From Acidimicrobiales bacterium (lineage in GTDB: Bacteria > Actinomycetota > Acidimicrobiia > Acidimicrobiales > RAAP-2), in NCBI GenBank assembly GCA_036844945.1, contig DAIUEV010000015.1, positions 66 to 64,065 on the forward strand: DNA of 64,000 nt, read 5' to 3'. The notes below the pieces were generated by a model. That model saw only the letters and a list, made by a program, of their open reading frames with translations, was not told the DNA's origin and did no database searches. Made by a program: the position numbers and the translations under genes. Shown here one piece after another: positions 16,539-25,996 of the stretch; the first letter of the stretch is position 1; every line of letters starts with the position of its first letter.

Positions 16539-18068
16539 TCAGACCGGCAGCACGCCGTGGCGCTTCTGCACGGCGCCGCGGTCGGCCGGGTCGGCCGCCG
16601 AGAACCGCCCGATCAGCTCGCCGCGCAGGGCCTCGAAGGGCACCACCGCGTCGACGACGAGATCGCCAGCGAGCCGGTAGAGGTTCACGTCCTCCTCGTA
16701 CTCCCGGCGCATCCGGGCGACGAAGGCCGCCCGCTCGCCCTCGTCCTCGATGGCGGCGATCCGGTTGGCGTAGACGGCGTTCACGGCGGCCTCGGGACCC
16801 ATCACGGCGATCTTGGCCGTCGGCAGCGCGAGGGTGGCGATCGGGTCGAAGGCCGGACCGCACATGGCGTAGAGGCCGGCGCCGTAGGCCTTGCGGACGA
16901 CCACGCAGATCTTGGGCACGCTCGCCTCGGTGACCGCCGCCACCATCTTCGCCCCGTGCCGGATGATGCCCTGCCGCTCGACCTGGGTGCCGATCATGAA
17001 CCCGGGCACGTCCGCCAGGAACAGGAGCGGCACGTTGTAGGCGTCGCACATCCACACGAACCGGGCGGCCTTGTCCGCCGAGTCCACGAACAGCACCCCG
17101 CCCTTCATGGCCGGGTTGTTGGCCACCACCCCGACGACGTGGCCGTCGAGGCGGGCGAACCCGGTGATGAGCTCGGTGGCGAACAGCGGCTTGATCTCGA
17201 AGAGGGTGTCGGCGTCGAGCAGGCCGTCGAGGAGAACGTGCATGTCGTAGCCGGCCGCGTCGTCTTCGGGCAGGTCGGACCGGGTGAGGCTCCGCGACGC
17301 GGGCTCGGGGGCCGCCGCCGGCGGGACCTGGCGCCAGGAGCCGGGCAGGTAGGAGAGGAGCGTGCGGGCCTGCTCGATGGCGTCGGCGTCGTCGGTGGCG
17401 AGGTTGTCGCCGCACCCCGACACCGTCGCGTGCATCCGCGCCCCGCCCATCTCCTCGAGCGTCACCCGCTCGCCGATCACCTCCTCGGCCATGCGGGGCG
17501 AGCCGAGGTACATCGACGCGTTGGATTCCACCATGATCACCACATCGCAGAACGACGGGATGTAGGCGCCGCCGGCCGCCGAGGGCCCGAAGAGGCAGCA
17601 GATCTGCGGGGCGACCCCCGAGAGCTTCACCTGGTTGGAGAAGATGCGGCCGGCCCCCCGGCGACCGGGGAACATCTCGACCTGGTCGGTGATGCGGGCG
17701 CCGGCCGAATCGACCAGCCACACGATGGGCAGCTCGTTGCGGAGCGCATGCTCGGTCATGCGGACCATCTTCTCCACCGTCCGGGCGCCCCAGGACCCCG
17801 CCTTCACGGTCGGATCGTTGGCGATGACACAGGTCGGGCGGCCGTCGACCCGGCCGAGGCCGGTCACCACCCCGTCGGCGGGCAGGTCGGGCGCGTCGGT
17901 GTTGGCGAGCAGCCCGTCCTCGACGAAGGTCCCCGGGTCGACGAGCAGCGCCAGGCGCTCCCGGACCGGGAGCTTCCCCTGCTCGGCCAGCTTCTCGGCG
18001 CTCCGGGCGAAGTTGCCCGCGACGGCCCGGTCGATCCGGGCCGAGAGCTCCTCGGCCTCGCCGCTCAT
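16539..18068 (-). CDS. Acyl-CoA carboxylase carboxyltransferase (beta) subunit, methylcrotonyl-CoA carboxylase-like
   Basis: GKLPVRERLALLVDPGTFVE, and a two-domain carboxyltransferase with a PQICCLFGPSAAGGAYIP-type motif. Start at ATG 18068, a 4-nt overlap with the upstream acyl-CoA dehydrogenase. Confidence 0.85.
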   Translation of the reverse strand: MSGEAEELSARIDRAVAGNFARSAEKLAEQGKLPVRERLALLVDPGTFVEDGLLANTDAPDLPADGVVTGLGRVDGRPTCVIANDPTVKAGSWGARTVEKMVRMTEHALRNELPIVWLVDSAGARITDQVEMFPGRRGAGRIFSNQVKLSGVAPQICCLFGPSAAGGAYIPSFCDVVIMVESNASMYLGSPRMAEEVIGERVTLEEMGGARMHATVSGCGDNLATDDADAIEQARTLLSYLPGSWRQVPPAAAPEPASRSLTRSDLPEDDAAGYDMHVLLDGLLDADTLFEIKPLFATELITGFARLDGHVVGVVANNPAMKGGVLFVDSADKAARFVWMCDAYNVPLLFLADVPGFMIGTQVERQGIIRHGAKMVAAVTEASVPKICVVVRKAYGAGLYAMCGPAFDPIATLALPTAKIAVMGPEAAVNAVYANRIAAIEDEGERAAFVARMRREYEEDVNLYRLAGDLVVDAVVPFEALRGELIGRFSAADPADRGAVQKRHGVLPV

Positions 18069-19207
18069 CCGACCGGGAGACCCAGTCCCCGGGCGATCAC
18101 CAGGCGCTGGATCTCGCTCGTCCCCTCGCCGATCTCCAGGATCTTGGCGTCCCGGTAGAGGCGAGCCACCGGCGACTCCTCCATGAACCCGGCCCCCCCG
18201 AACACCTGGGTGGCGACGCGGGTGGCCGAGACCGCCGCCTCGGTCGCGTAGAGCTTGGCCATGGCCGCCTCCTGGCGGAAGGGCTGGCCAGTGTCGCGGC
18301 ACCAGGCGGCCTTGTAGGTCAAGGTGCGCGCGTTCTCGACCGAGACCGCCAGGTCGGCCAGGGAGAAGGCGACCGCCTGGAACCGGCCGATCGGCCCGCC
18401 GAAGGCGTTGCGCTGCTTGGCGTAGTCGAGCGCGTGGTCGAGGCACGCCTGAGCGCAGCCGACCGCCAGCGACGCGATCGCGATCCGGCCGGAGTCGAGG
18501 ATCGACAGGAAGTTCTTGTAGCCGTGCCCAGGCTCGCCGAGCAGGCAGTCGCGGGGCACGTGGCAGTTGTCGAGGGCGAGGTCGTGCGTGTCGCTCGCGT
18601 GCCACCCGAGCTTGTGGGGTGCCGGGAGGACGGTCAGGCCGGGAGTTCCGGCGGGGACGATGAACGACGAGATTCCCCCGTCCTCGGTCTTCGCCGTGAC
18701 GGTGACGAGGGAGGTGATCGGGGTGCCCGAGTTGGTGATGAAGGCCTTGGCCCCGTTCAGCACCCAATCGTCACCGGCCTCCGTCGCCCGGGTCCGGGTC
18801 GCGCTGGCGTCGCTGCCGGCGTCCGGCTCGGTCAGGCCGAAGGCCGCCAGCGCCCGGCCCGCCACCAGGTCGGGCAGCCACCGGCCGCGTTGCTCGTCCG
18901 TGCCGAAGCGAAAGATGGGGGTGGCGCCGAGGCCGAGTCCGGCCGACAGGGTGATCCCGACGGACTGGTCCACCCGGCCGATCTCCTCGATGGCGAGGCA
19001 CACCGAGAGGAAGTCGCCGCCGCCGCCACCCCACTCCTCGGGGAAGGGGAGACCGAAGAGCCCGAGATCGCCCATCGCGTGCACGATTTCGACGGGCAGC
19101 CGGCCGTCGCGGTCCCACTCCGCCACGTGCGGGGCGACCTCGCCGAGCGCGAAGTCGCGCACGGTCTTCTGGAAGGCGAGGTGCTCGTCGCTGGGCCGGA
19201 ACTCCAC
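18065..19207 (-). CDS. Acyl-CoA dehydrogenase (isovaleryl-CoA dehydrogenase-like)
   Basis: Full ACAD architecture with the C-terminal motif QVFGGAGFMEESPVARLYRDAKILEIGEGTSEIQ. GTG start, with AAGGAG 5-10 nt upstream on the minus strand. Confidence 0.9.
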   Translation of the reverse strand: MEFRPSDEHLAFQKTVRDFALGEVAPHVAEWDRDGRLPVEIVHAMGDLGLFGLPFPEEWGGGGGDFLSVCLAIEEIGRVDQSVGITLSAGLGLGATPIFRFGTDEQRGRWLPDLVAGRALAAFGLTEPDAGSDASATRTRATEAGDDWVLNGAKAFITNSGTPITSLVTVTAKTEDGGISSFIVPAGTPGLTVLPAPHKLGWHASDTHDLALDNCHVPRDCLLGEPGHGYKNFLSILDSGRIAIASLAVGCAQACLDHALDYAKQRNAFGGPIGRFQAVAFSLADLAVSVENARTLTYKAAWCRDTGQPFRQEAAMAKLYATEAAVSATRVATQVFGGAGFMEESPVARLYRDAKILEIGEGTSEIQRLVIARGLGLPVG

Positions 19208-19213
19208 GGGCTC

Positions 19214-19233
19214 TCCTTAGCGATCCCTAAGGA
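19214..19233. promoter_or_regulatory. Near-perfect 20-bp palindrome, candidate TetR operator in a 38-bp divergent spacer
   Basis: TCCTTAG-CGATCC-CTAAGGA has 7-bp perfect arms and a central GATC. TACTAT (19234-19239) follows immediately, and the TetR GTG start is at 19246. Confidence 0.6.
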
Positions 19234-19245
19234 TACTATGACCGC

Positions 19246-19854
19246 GTGAGCCCGTCGCCCGCCGCCGCCCGCGCCCGCCCGCGGGGCTCGCGACGGGCCG
19301 ACTTCCTCCAGGTGGCGGCGGAACTGTTCGCGGAGCGCGGCTACGGGGGGACCTCGGTCGACGACGTCGGCGCGCGGCTCGGCGTGTCGGGCCCGGCCGT
19401 CTACTGGCACTTCGACTCGAAGGAGTCCCTCCTCACGCTGATGCTGTCGGACATCAGCGACCGCCTGCTCGCCGGCGGCACCCGCTGCATGAAGGAAGCG
19501 GTCAGCCCGGCCGACGCGCTGGTGTCCCTCCTCCGATGGCAGATCGAGTTCGCACTCGGACACCCCGAGCTCATCACGGTCCATGCCCGCGACCTTGCGC
19601 ACGTCCCCCAACCGGCCCGACGGCAGATCCGCCGGACCCAGCGGCTCTATGTCGAACAGTGGGTCGACGCGCTCGGCGGCATCGCCCCGGACGTGTCGCC
19701 GGAGCTGCGGCGGGCCGCCACCCATGCGACGATCGGCCTCATCAACTCGACGCCCTACCTCGGGGACGGCCTGTCGCGCACGGCGAAGGCCGCCCTCCTG
19801 GAGCGCATGGCGCTCGCCTCGCTCCGCGGCGCCCTGGAGGGCCCCGGTGCCTGA
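19246..19854 (+). CDS. TetR/AcrR family transcriptional regulator
   Basis: N-terminal HTH region AAELFAERGYGGTSVDDVGARLGVSGPAVYWHF. Confidence 0.85.
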   Translation: MSPSPAAARARPRGSRRADFLQVAAELFAERGYGGTSVDDVGARLGVSGPAVYWHFDSKESLLTLMLSDISDRLLAGGTRCMKEAVSPADALVSLLRWQIEFALGHPELITVHARDLAHVPQPARRQIRRTQRLYVEQWVDALGGIAPDVSPELRRAATHATIGLINSTPYLGDGLSRTAKAALLERMALASLRGALEGPGA

Positions 19855-20719
19855 GATCGCCGTGGCGATCCGCGAGGTGGGTCCCCGCGACGGCTTGCAA
19901 CGCGAGGCCCCGGTCGCACCCGAGCAGCGCCTGGCCCTGATCGGGGCCCTGGCCGCCGCCGGCCTCGGCGCGATGGAGGTGGCCGCCTTCGTCTCGGAGC
20001 GGGCGGTGCCGGCGATGGCCGGCGCCGCGCAGGTGGTCGCCGGGCTCCCCGCCGGATCGGGGTGCACGTGGTGGGCGCTCGTCCCGAACCTCATCGGCGC
20101 CGAGCGGGCCCTCTCGGCCGGGATCGAGCACGTCACCGTTACGGTGTCGGCGTCGGAGGTGTACAGCCAGCGCAACGTCGGGATGGGCACCGAGGAGTCG
20201 GCCGCCCAGGCGATGTCGATCATCCCGGTGGTCCCGGAGGCCGACGTGGTGATCTCCTGCGCGTTCGGTTCCCCCTACGAGGGGGACATCGACCCCGAGT
20301 CGGTGGCGGCGCTGGCCGGTCGGTTCACCGGGGCCGGCGCGAGCGTGACCCTGGCCGACACCACCGGCGTCGCCTCGCCCCGCCGGCTGCGCGACGTCCT
20401 CGGCCTGACCGGGACCGGGGTCGGCCTGCACCTGCACGACACCCGGGGCAGCGCGCTCGTGAACGCGTATGCCGCCATCGAGCTCGGCGTGACCCGCTTC
20501 GACACCTCGGTCGGCGGCCTCGGCGGTTCGCCGTTCGCCGACGACGCCGGCGGGAACCTCGCCACCGAGGATCTCGTGCACCTGCTCGACGACATCGGGT
20601 GCCTGACCGGCGTCGACCTCGAGCGCCTGGTCGACGCGGACGAGATGCTGCGCGAGCTCCTGGGTCGGCCGCTGGCCAGCCGGGTGGCCGAGACCGAGCT
20701 GCGCCGTCGGGCGAAGTAG
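19847..20719 (+). CDS. Hydroxymethylglutaryl-CoA lyase
   Basis: REVGPRDGLQ, VTVSASEVYSQRN and HLHDTRG motifs of the HMGL-like family. GTG 19847 overlaps the TetR stop. Confidence 0.85.
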   Translation: MPEIAVAIREVGPRDGLQREAPVAPEQRLALIGALAAAGLGAMEVAAFVSERAVPAMAGAAQVVAGLPAGSGCTWWALVPNLIGAERALSAGIEHVTVTVSASEVYSQRNVGMGTEESAAQAMSIIPVVPEADVVISCAFGSPYEGDIDPESVAALAGRFTGAGASVTLADTTGVASPRRLRDVLGLTGTGVGLHLHDTRGSALVNAYAAIELGVTRFDTSVGGLGGSPFADDAGGNLATEDLVHLLDDIGCLTGVDLERLVDADEMLRELLGRPLASRVAETELRRRAK

Positions 20720-20725
20720 CGGCCG

Positions 20726-21514
20726 CTACCGGTCGGGGAGCTGGGCCCGGTTGCGCTGCATCACTGCGTCGCGCCGGGCGGCGAGCCCGGCGAAGTCGGG
20801 GGTCACGCTGCGGGCGATGTCGAGCTCGATCGCGAGCGCCTCGCCGAGCGTGGTCGCCGACCCCTCGGCGTACATCCGCTTCAGCGCCTGCATTGTGGCC
20901 GGATCGGTCTCGGCGATCGACTGGGCCAGCTCCATGGCCCGCTCCATGAGCGTCTCGTGCGGCACCACCTCGGTGACCAGTCCGAGGCGTTCGGCCGTGC
21001 GCGCGTCGATGGCATTGCCGGTCATCGACAGCATCCGGGCGTTGCGGAGCCCGACCCCGCCGGGCAGCCGCGCCGTCATGCCGCCCCCCGGGAGGACCCC
21101 GACCCGGGCATGGGTGTCGCCGAAGCTGGCCTGCTCCGACGCGATGAGGAAGTCGCAGCCGAGCGCGATCTCGAGCCCGCCGGTGTAGGTGGCGCCGTTG
21201 ATGGCGCCGATGATCGGCGTGCGCATCCTCGACGAGCGGGTCACCCCGCCGGCCTCCAGTCGGGAGAAGGTCGTGCCGGCCCTGAGCGCGGCCTCCTTCA
21301 GGTCGACCCCGGCGCAGAATGCCGGGTCGGTCCCGGTGAGCACGACCACCCGCACCTCGTCGTCTGCGTCGGCCCGCTCGAGCGCCCCGAAGAGCGCCCG
21401 GGACAGTTCGGTGTTGAGCGCGTTGCGCTGGGCCGGCCGGTTGAGCGTGAGCACCCGCACGTGGCCGACGTCGGACTCGAGGAGCACGGCGCCATCAGCG
21501 GTCCCGGGGCTCAC
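20726..21514 (-). CDS. Enoyl-CoA hydratase/isomerase family protein
   Basis: Crotonase motifs: LNRPAQRNAL, FCAGVDL and INGATYTGGLEIALGCD. Confidence 0.85.
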   Translation of the reverse strand: MSPGTADGAVLLESDVGHVRVLTLNRPAQRNALNTELSRALFGALERADADDEVRVVVLTGTDPAFCAGVDLKEAALRAGTTFSRLEAGGVTRSSRMRTPIIGAINGATYTGGLEIALGCDFLIASEQASFGDTHARVGVLPGGGMTARLPGGVGLRNARMLSMTGNAIDARTAERLGLVTEVVPHETLMERAMELAQSIAETDPATMQALKRMYAEGSATTLGEALAIELDIARSVTPDFAGLAARRDAVMQRNRAQLPDR

Positions 21515-21575
21515 AAACGGAGCTTAAGCCGGCGCCGGCCCGGGCGTCGGCGGGCCGGGACGGCGATTGCCGCCG

Positions 21576-23123
21576 TCACCGCTCGACGCGCACCGGCGCT
21601 CTGACGAGGAACTCGTCCTCGGGCGCGACCTCGGTCGCGCGGCCCATGACCGCGCCGAGGAGCCCCGGCCCGGGCCGCTGGGGCGAGCGGATCCCGAGGA
21701 TGGAGATCACGAGCGCGCCGAGGGCGATCCCGGCGCCGACCTCGAAGGCGGTCGTGTACCCGTGCGTCGTCGCGATCGCCGTCGTGAGGTGGCTGGCGCG
21801 TCCGTGCGCGGCCTCGATGAGGGTGCGGGCCCTGGACCGGGCCGCGTCGATCGCCACGGTGGCCAGGATCGCCAGCCCGAGCGCGCCGCCGACCTGCTGC
21901 CCGCTGTTGAGGAGGGCCGAGGCGAGACCGGTCTCCTGGGGCCGGACCCCCGAGACGGCGGTCAGGGTGAGCGACACGAAGCTGAGCCCCATCCCGAGCG
22001 AGATCAGGAGCAGGGGGAGCAGGATGTCCAGGTAGGTGCTGGTGACCGTGAGCCGGGACAGCCAAAAGAGCCCGGCCACCGCGGCGGACGGGCCGACGAG
22101 GAGGGGCAGGCGGACCCCGATCCGGCCCACCAACTGGGACGCCACCCCGGCGGCCACCGCGATGCCCGCGGCCATCGGGAGGAAGCCGACGCCGGTCCTG
22201 ATCGGGCTCCAGCCGAGGACGTTCTGGAGGAACTGGGTCAGGAAGAAGAACATCGAGAACAGTGCGGTCCCGATGCACAGCATCATGGCGTAGCTCGATG
22301 ACCGGTTTCGGTTCGAGAAGATGTCGAACGGCATCAGGGCGCCGACGGTCCGCTTCTCGATGGCCACGAAGGTCGCCAGCAGGACGCCCGCGAGCACGAG
22401 GGGGACGACGGTGCTCGTGCTGCCCCAGGTGTGCTGGGCCGCGTTGGAAAGGCCATAGACGAGCGAGAGCATTCCGCCCGTCGCGGTCAGCGCGCCCGGG
22501 ATGTCCAGGTGCCCCCTCGAGGAGTTCGACTCGCTCAGGATCCGCGGGGCGAGCAGCAGGATGGCCGCGCCGATCGGGACGTTGACGAAGAAGATCCAGC
22601 GCCACGAGACGTAGTCGGTGAAAACCCCACCGAGCAGGAGCCCGACCGCGCCCCCGGCCGAGGCCATCGCCGCGTAGACGCCCATGGCCCGGTTCCTCGA
22701 CTGGCCCTCGGGGAACGTGGTGGCGATCAGCGAGAGCGCGGTGGGGGCTGCGATGGCGCCGCCCACTCCCTGGAAGCCCCGCGTGACGATCAACCAGACG
22801 TCCGAGGTGGCCAGGCCCCCGAAGAGCGACGCCACGGAGAACAACCCGATGCCGGCCATGAACATCCGGCGCTTGCCGAAGAGGTCCCCCGTCCGGCCGC
22901 CGAAGAGGAGCAGCCCGCCGAAGGTGAGCGAGTACGCGGTGATGATCCACTCGAGATTGGCGGTCGAGAAGTGCAGGCTTCGATGGATCGTCGGCAGGGC
23001 GACGTTCACGATCGTGGCGTCGAGCATGATCATCAGCTGTGCGCCGCAGATCAGGGCGAGGGCGAGTCCCAGATGCGTGCCAGCGGGATGCTCCCGCCCT
23101 TCGGGCACCGCAACCCGCGCCAT
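21576..23123 (-). CDS. MFS transporter, 14-TM drug:H+ antiporter (DHA2/EmrB-QacA-like)
   Basis: LMIMLDATIVNVALPTI and GGRTGDLFGKRRMF motifs, about 14 hydrophobic helices. Start at ATG 23123. The remaining upstream part of ORF 21576..24287 is spurious. Confidence 0.85.
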   Translation of the reverse strand: MARVAVPEGREHPAGTHLGLALALICGAQLMIMLDATIVNVALPTIHRSLHFSTANLEWIITAYSLTFGGLLLFGGRTGDLFGKRRMFMAGIGLFSVASLFGGLATSDVWLIVTRGFQGVGGAIAAPTALSLIATTFPEGQSRNRAMGVYAAMASAGGAVGLLLGGVFTDYVSWRWIFFVNVPIGAAILLLAPRILSESNSSRGHLDIPGALTATGGMLSLVYGLSNAAQHTWGSTSTVVPLVLAGVLLATFVAIEKRTVGALMPFDIFSNRNRSSSYAMMLCIGTALFSMFFFLTQFLQNVLGWSPIRTGVGFLPMAAGIAVAAGVASQLVGRIGVRLPLLVGPSAAVAGLFWLSRLTVTSTYLDILLPLLLISLGMGLSFVSLTLTAVSGVRPQETGLASALLNSGQQVGGALGLAILATVAIDAARSRARTLIEAAHGRASHLTTAIATTHGYTTAFEVGAGIALGALVISILGIRSPQRPGPGLLGAVMGRATEVAPEDEFLVRAPVRVER

Positions 23124-23330
23124 GTGTCCTCCTCTGAATCTTCCTCGTGGTCGGCAGGTCGCTTCGATCAGACGACGCACCCGGTCCACTGCTGAATCCG
23201 GAGCCCGTCCTGACAGATCCGTTGACCGAGACGGTACCGGGTTCATCCGGCGACCCGTTCGGCTCAGGTCATGGACCGCTGCGCACCCGGTTGCCTCGGT
23301 TCGAGGCCGATCCGGTACCCTGACCCCGCA

Positions 23331-23876
23331 ATGGCCCAGCCCACCTTCGTCCCCATCACCGAGGCCGACCAAGTGAGGACCGCCAGGCGGCTCTCGGTTC
23401 CGGGACACTGGGTGGCCGACCGGCCCGCCGACCTGGCCGGACCGAACCGCCCGACCGGGGTGCGCCACGGCACCCCCGGTCCCGACCAGGGCTTCGCCCT
23501 GCGCCTCGTGCACCGCTTCGAGGACCGCCTCCAGCTCACCCCCGCCGAGTCCAAGGAGGACGTCCTGTACGGTGCGGCCGTCCTGGCCAGCAAGCGGGCC
23601 GGGCTGCTCGGCCGGGCCCCCTGCATCTACGACCTGGACGCGGTCTTCGCGTTGTTCGGGTTTCTCGTTCCCGCCCCCCCTGCCGACCTCGTCGCCGAGC
23701 GACGCCACCTGTTCGCGTCGGCGTCGAGGGACTACGTGGCCCAGCGGTCCCTCGTCGATGCGGTCCCGGACGCGACGCTGCTGCTGGCTCCCGAACAGCT
23801 CGCGGCCCGGGTGGGCGAGTGGCAGACGCTGCTCGAGCGGGCCCCCTCCCCGGGCGAGCCCCCCGCGCTGGCCTAG
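23331..23876 (+). CDS. Hypothetical protein (181 aa)
   Basis: ATG-initiated ORF with protein-like composition and no recognisable motif. Its stop overlaps the lgt stop region (convergent). Confidence 0.5.
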   Translation: MAQPTFVPITEADQVRTARRLSVPGHWVADRPADLAGPNRPTGVRHGTPGPDQGFALRLVHRFEDRLQLTPAESKEDVLYGAAVLASKRAGLLGRAPCIYDLDAVFALFGFLVPAPPADLVAERRHLFASASRDYVAQRSLVDAVPDATLLLAPEQLAARVGEWQTLLERAPSPGEPPALA

Positions 23877-24739
23877 CTCGACCGCACCTCGTCGGGCCGG
23901 AGCGCCTCGCGGTCGGCGGTCGGCGATCCAGGCGGCTCGACGGCCTCGGCACGCCACGCGCTCCAGCGGCGGCGCACGACGACCAGCAGCGCCAGGCCGC
24001 CGACGGCCAGCGCGATGCCCGCGATCTGGACCAGGAGCGAGCCGAGGTGGCCCTCCTCGCCGAGCCAGAGATGCTCGTCGAGGAACCGTTCGATGCCCCA
24101 CAGCAGCATCCCGACCGCGAGGACCGCGCCAGGCGGGTACCCGGTGCGGGGCGAGCCGTCCGGCCACCGGCGCAGGCGTCGCTCGAGTGCGACGAGCACC
24201 GCATAGATGCCGGAGTCCTCGATGGCCTGGAAGATCGGCACCGGGAGCCGCCTGCCCGACTGGCCGGCGTAATACATCCCGAACCACTGGTGGGTCGGAT
24301 GCCCGCCGCCGGCCTCCATGAGCTGGGGGCCGAGCAGCCGGCCGACGGCCCAGGCGGCCATGAGGACCGGTGCGACGATGTCGAGCGCCTCGGTCATGGA
24401 GAGGTCCGGGCAGCGCCGGTGGGTCTGCCAGATCCCGGTCGGGACGGCGAAGAGGATGCCGCCGAAGGACGACAGGCCGCCGTGCCAGATCGCGAACACG
24501 TCGCCCGGGTTGGCCTCGTAGTAGGAGAGGTTGGACAGGATGTGCAGGGCCCGGGCGCCGACCACCGCGGCGACGATGACCCAGAGGAACATCCCGCCGA
24601 CCCAGTCGCTCGCGTACCCGCGGGCCCGCAGCCGGCGGCCGAAGTAGGCGTACGCGAACCAGAACGCGATCGCGAGCCCGATCCCGTAGGTGTGGACCTC
24701 GAGCGGCCCGATGTGGAAGGCGACGGGGATGGGCTTCAT
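23873..24739 (-). CDS. lgt: Prolipoprotein diacylglyceryl transferase
   Basis: HTYGIGLAIAFWFAYAY, HGGLSSFGG and GRLLGPQL motifs in a polytopic membrane protein. Confidence 0.85.
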   Translation of the reverse strand: MKPIPVAFHIGPLEVHTYGIGLAIAFWFAYAYFGRRLRARGYASDWVGGMFLWVIVAAVVGARALHILSNLSYYEANPGDVFAIWHGGLSSFGGILFAVPTGIWQTHRRCPDLSMTEALDIVAPVLMAAWAVGRLLGPQLMEAGGGHPTHQWFGMYYAGQSGRRLPVPIFQAIEDSGIYAVLVALERRLRRWPDGSPRTGYPPGAVLAVGMLLWGIERFLDEHLWLGEEGHLGSLLVQIAGIALAVGGLALLVVVRRRWSAWRAEAVEPPGSPTADREALRPDEVRSS

Positions 24740-24790
24740 CGGGGCAGGGCCCCAGTATGGCCGGGCCGCTCGTCGGGCCCGGGGCGCGCT

Positions 24791-25921
24791 CTACGGCCGG
24801 CCGGCTCCGACGAAACCGTCACCGAGCCGGAGCGGGGTGATGTGGACCACCTGCCCGGTCGTGGGTGCTTCGATCATCTCGCCGCCGCCGACGAACATGG
24901 CCACGTGCTGGTCGCCGCCGGGGCCGTAGAAGAGGAGGTCACCCGGCTCGAGGTCGGACACCGGCACCCGGGCCGTGTCCTCGTACTGTGCGCCCGAGTA
25001 GTGGGGGAGCGACACGCCGGCCTGGCCCCACGCCCACGCGGTCAGCCCCGAGCAGTCGAACCCGTGGCCGGGCGATTCGCCGCCCCACACGTACGGCACG
25101 CCGAGCTGGGTCTCGGCCGCCGCCACCGCGACGCCGCCCTGGCTGTTGGGCGGCGGGGGCGGGAAGCTCGCGCCGTTCGCCAGCACCGCCTGGGTCTGGG
25201 CGGACTCCGAGGCGTTGGCGGACGCCTCGGCCGCGCGCTCCAACACGCCGAGCTCGCCCTTCACCTGGCCGAGCTGACTGTTCAGCTGCGCCTGCTCCGC
25301 ATTGGCCTGCTGTTGCGCGGCGAGGGCGGCGTTGACCGCCGACTGGGCCGCGCCCTGCTGGACGAGGAGGTTGGCCTTCTCGGTGTTCAGCTGGACCTCG
25401 GCGCTGTGGAGGTCGGCCACCTCGACGTTGAGGTTGCCCGCCGCGATCTGGCCGTACTCCTGCTGGGCGGCGTACGTCCGCTGGTTGCCCGAGAAGAGCG
25501 GGTTGTTCTGGGCGGCCGAGCCGTCGGAGATGTAGGCGTCGATGGCGGCCGAGCGCAGGTGGACCTTGTCGGTGGCCACGTGCTGCTGGTCGCTGGCGAT
25601 CTTGGTCCTCGTGGCCGCGATCTGGCCGTCGATCGAGTCGAGCTGGTTCTTCGCCTGGTCGTAGCGCTGGCCGAGGGCGCCGATCTCGGCGCTCGTCGAG
25701 GCGATCTCCTGCTCGAGGTGGTTGGCCTGGGACTGCAGCGAACCGATCGTCGCGCCGTGCGAAGGACCGGAGAGCGCGAGCGCCGGGACGAGGGAGAGGG
25801 TCGTTGCCGCGACCACCGCCAGAGCGGGTCGCCTAGAGCGCCAGAGCCGGGACAGGCTCGGGCGGGACCGCGGTTCGGGGTGGGCTGAAGCCCCCTCGAC
25901 GTCAGTCACAATGCGCAACAT
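24791..25921 (-). CDS. Secreted NlpC/P60 peptidoglycan endopeptidase with N-terminal coiled-coil (RipA-like)
   Basis: C-terminal YVWGGESPGHGFDCSGL...H...GDLLFY catalytic domain, a long Gln/Ala-rich coiled-coil, and an N-terminal SRRPALAVV Tat-like signal. Start placed at ATG 25921. Confidence 0.8.
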   Translation of the reverse strand: MLRIVTDVEGASAHPEPRSRPSLSRLWRSRRPALAVVAATTLSLVPALALSGPSHGATIGSLQSQANHLEQEIASTSAEIGALGQRYDQAKNQLDSIDGQIAATRTKIASDQQHVATDKVHLRSAAIDAYISDGSAAQNNPLFSGNQRTYAAQQEYGQIAAGNLNVEVADLHSAEVQLNTEKANLLVQQGAAQSAVNAALAAQQQANAEQAQLNSQLGQVKGELGVLERAAEASANASESAQTQAVLANGASFPPPPPNSQGGVAVAAAETQLGVPYVWGGESPGHGFDCSGLTAWAWGQAGVSLPHYSGAQYEDTARVPVSDLEPGDLLFYGPGGDQHVAMFVGGGEMIEAPTTGQVVHITPLRLGDGFVGAGRP

Positions 25922-25967
25922 CTTGACGAACGCACTCGCGCGGAGCAAACACCCACACTCCCCGGTG

Positions 25968-25996
25968 GGCCCGATTCTGTCTCGAGCGGCCCGATT
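25968..25996. repeat. 9-bp direct repeat GGCCCGATT (25968-25976 and 25988-25996) flanking a CTCGAG palindrome
   Basis: Read directly. It lies in the ~200-nt leader/promoter region upstream of the NlpC/P60 gene. The units are spaced exactly 20 bp apart. Confidence 0.45.

Noticed and set aside
21576-24287. N-terminal extensions of several track ORFs: 21576..24287, 16539..18767, 8218..10563, 30399..33020, 28669..29808, 47630..49531 and 45560..47173.
   Set aside because: The recognisable protein begins at an internal start, often coupled to the neighbouring gene's stop. The upstream parts are low-complexity and overlap other real genes, so I trimmed them.
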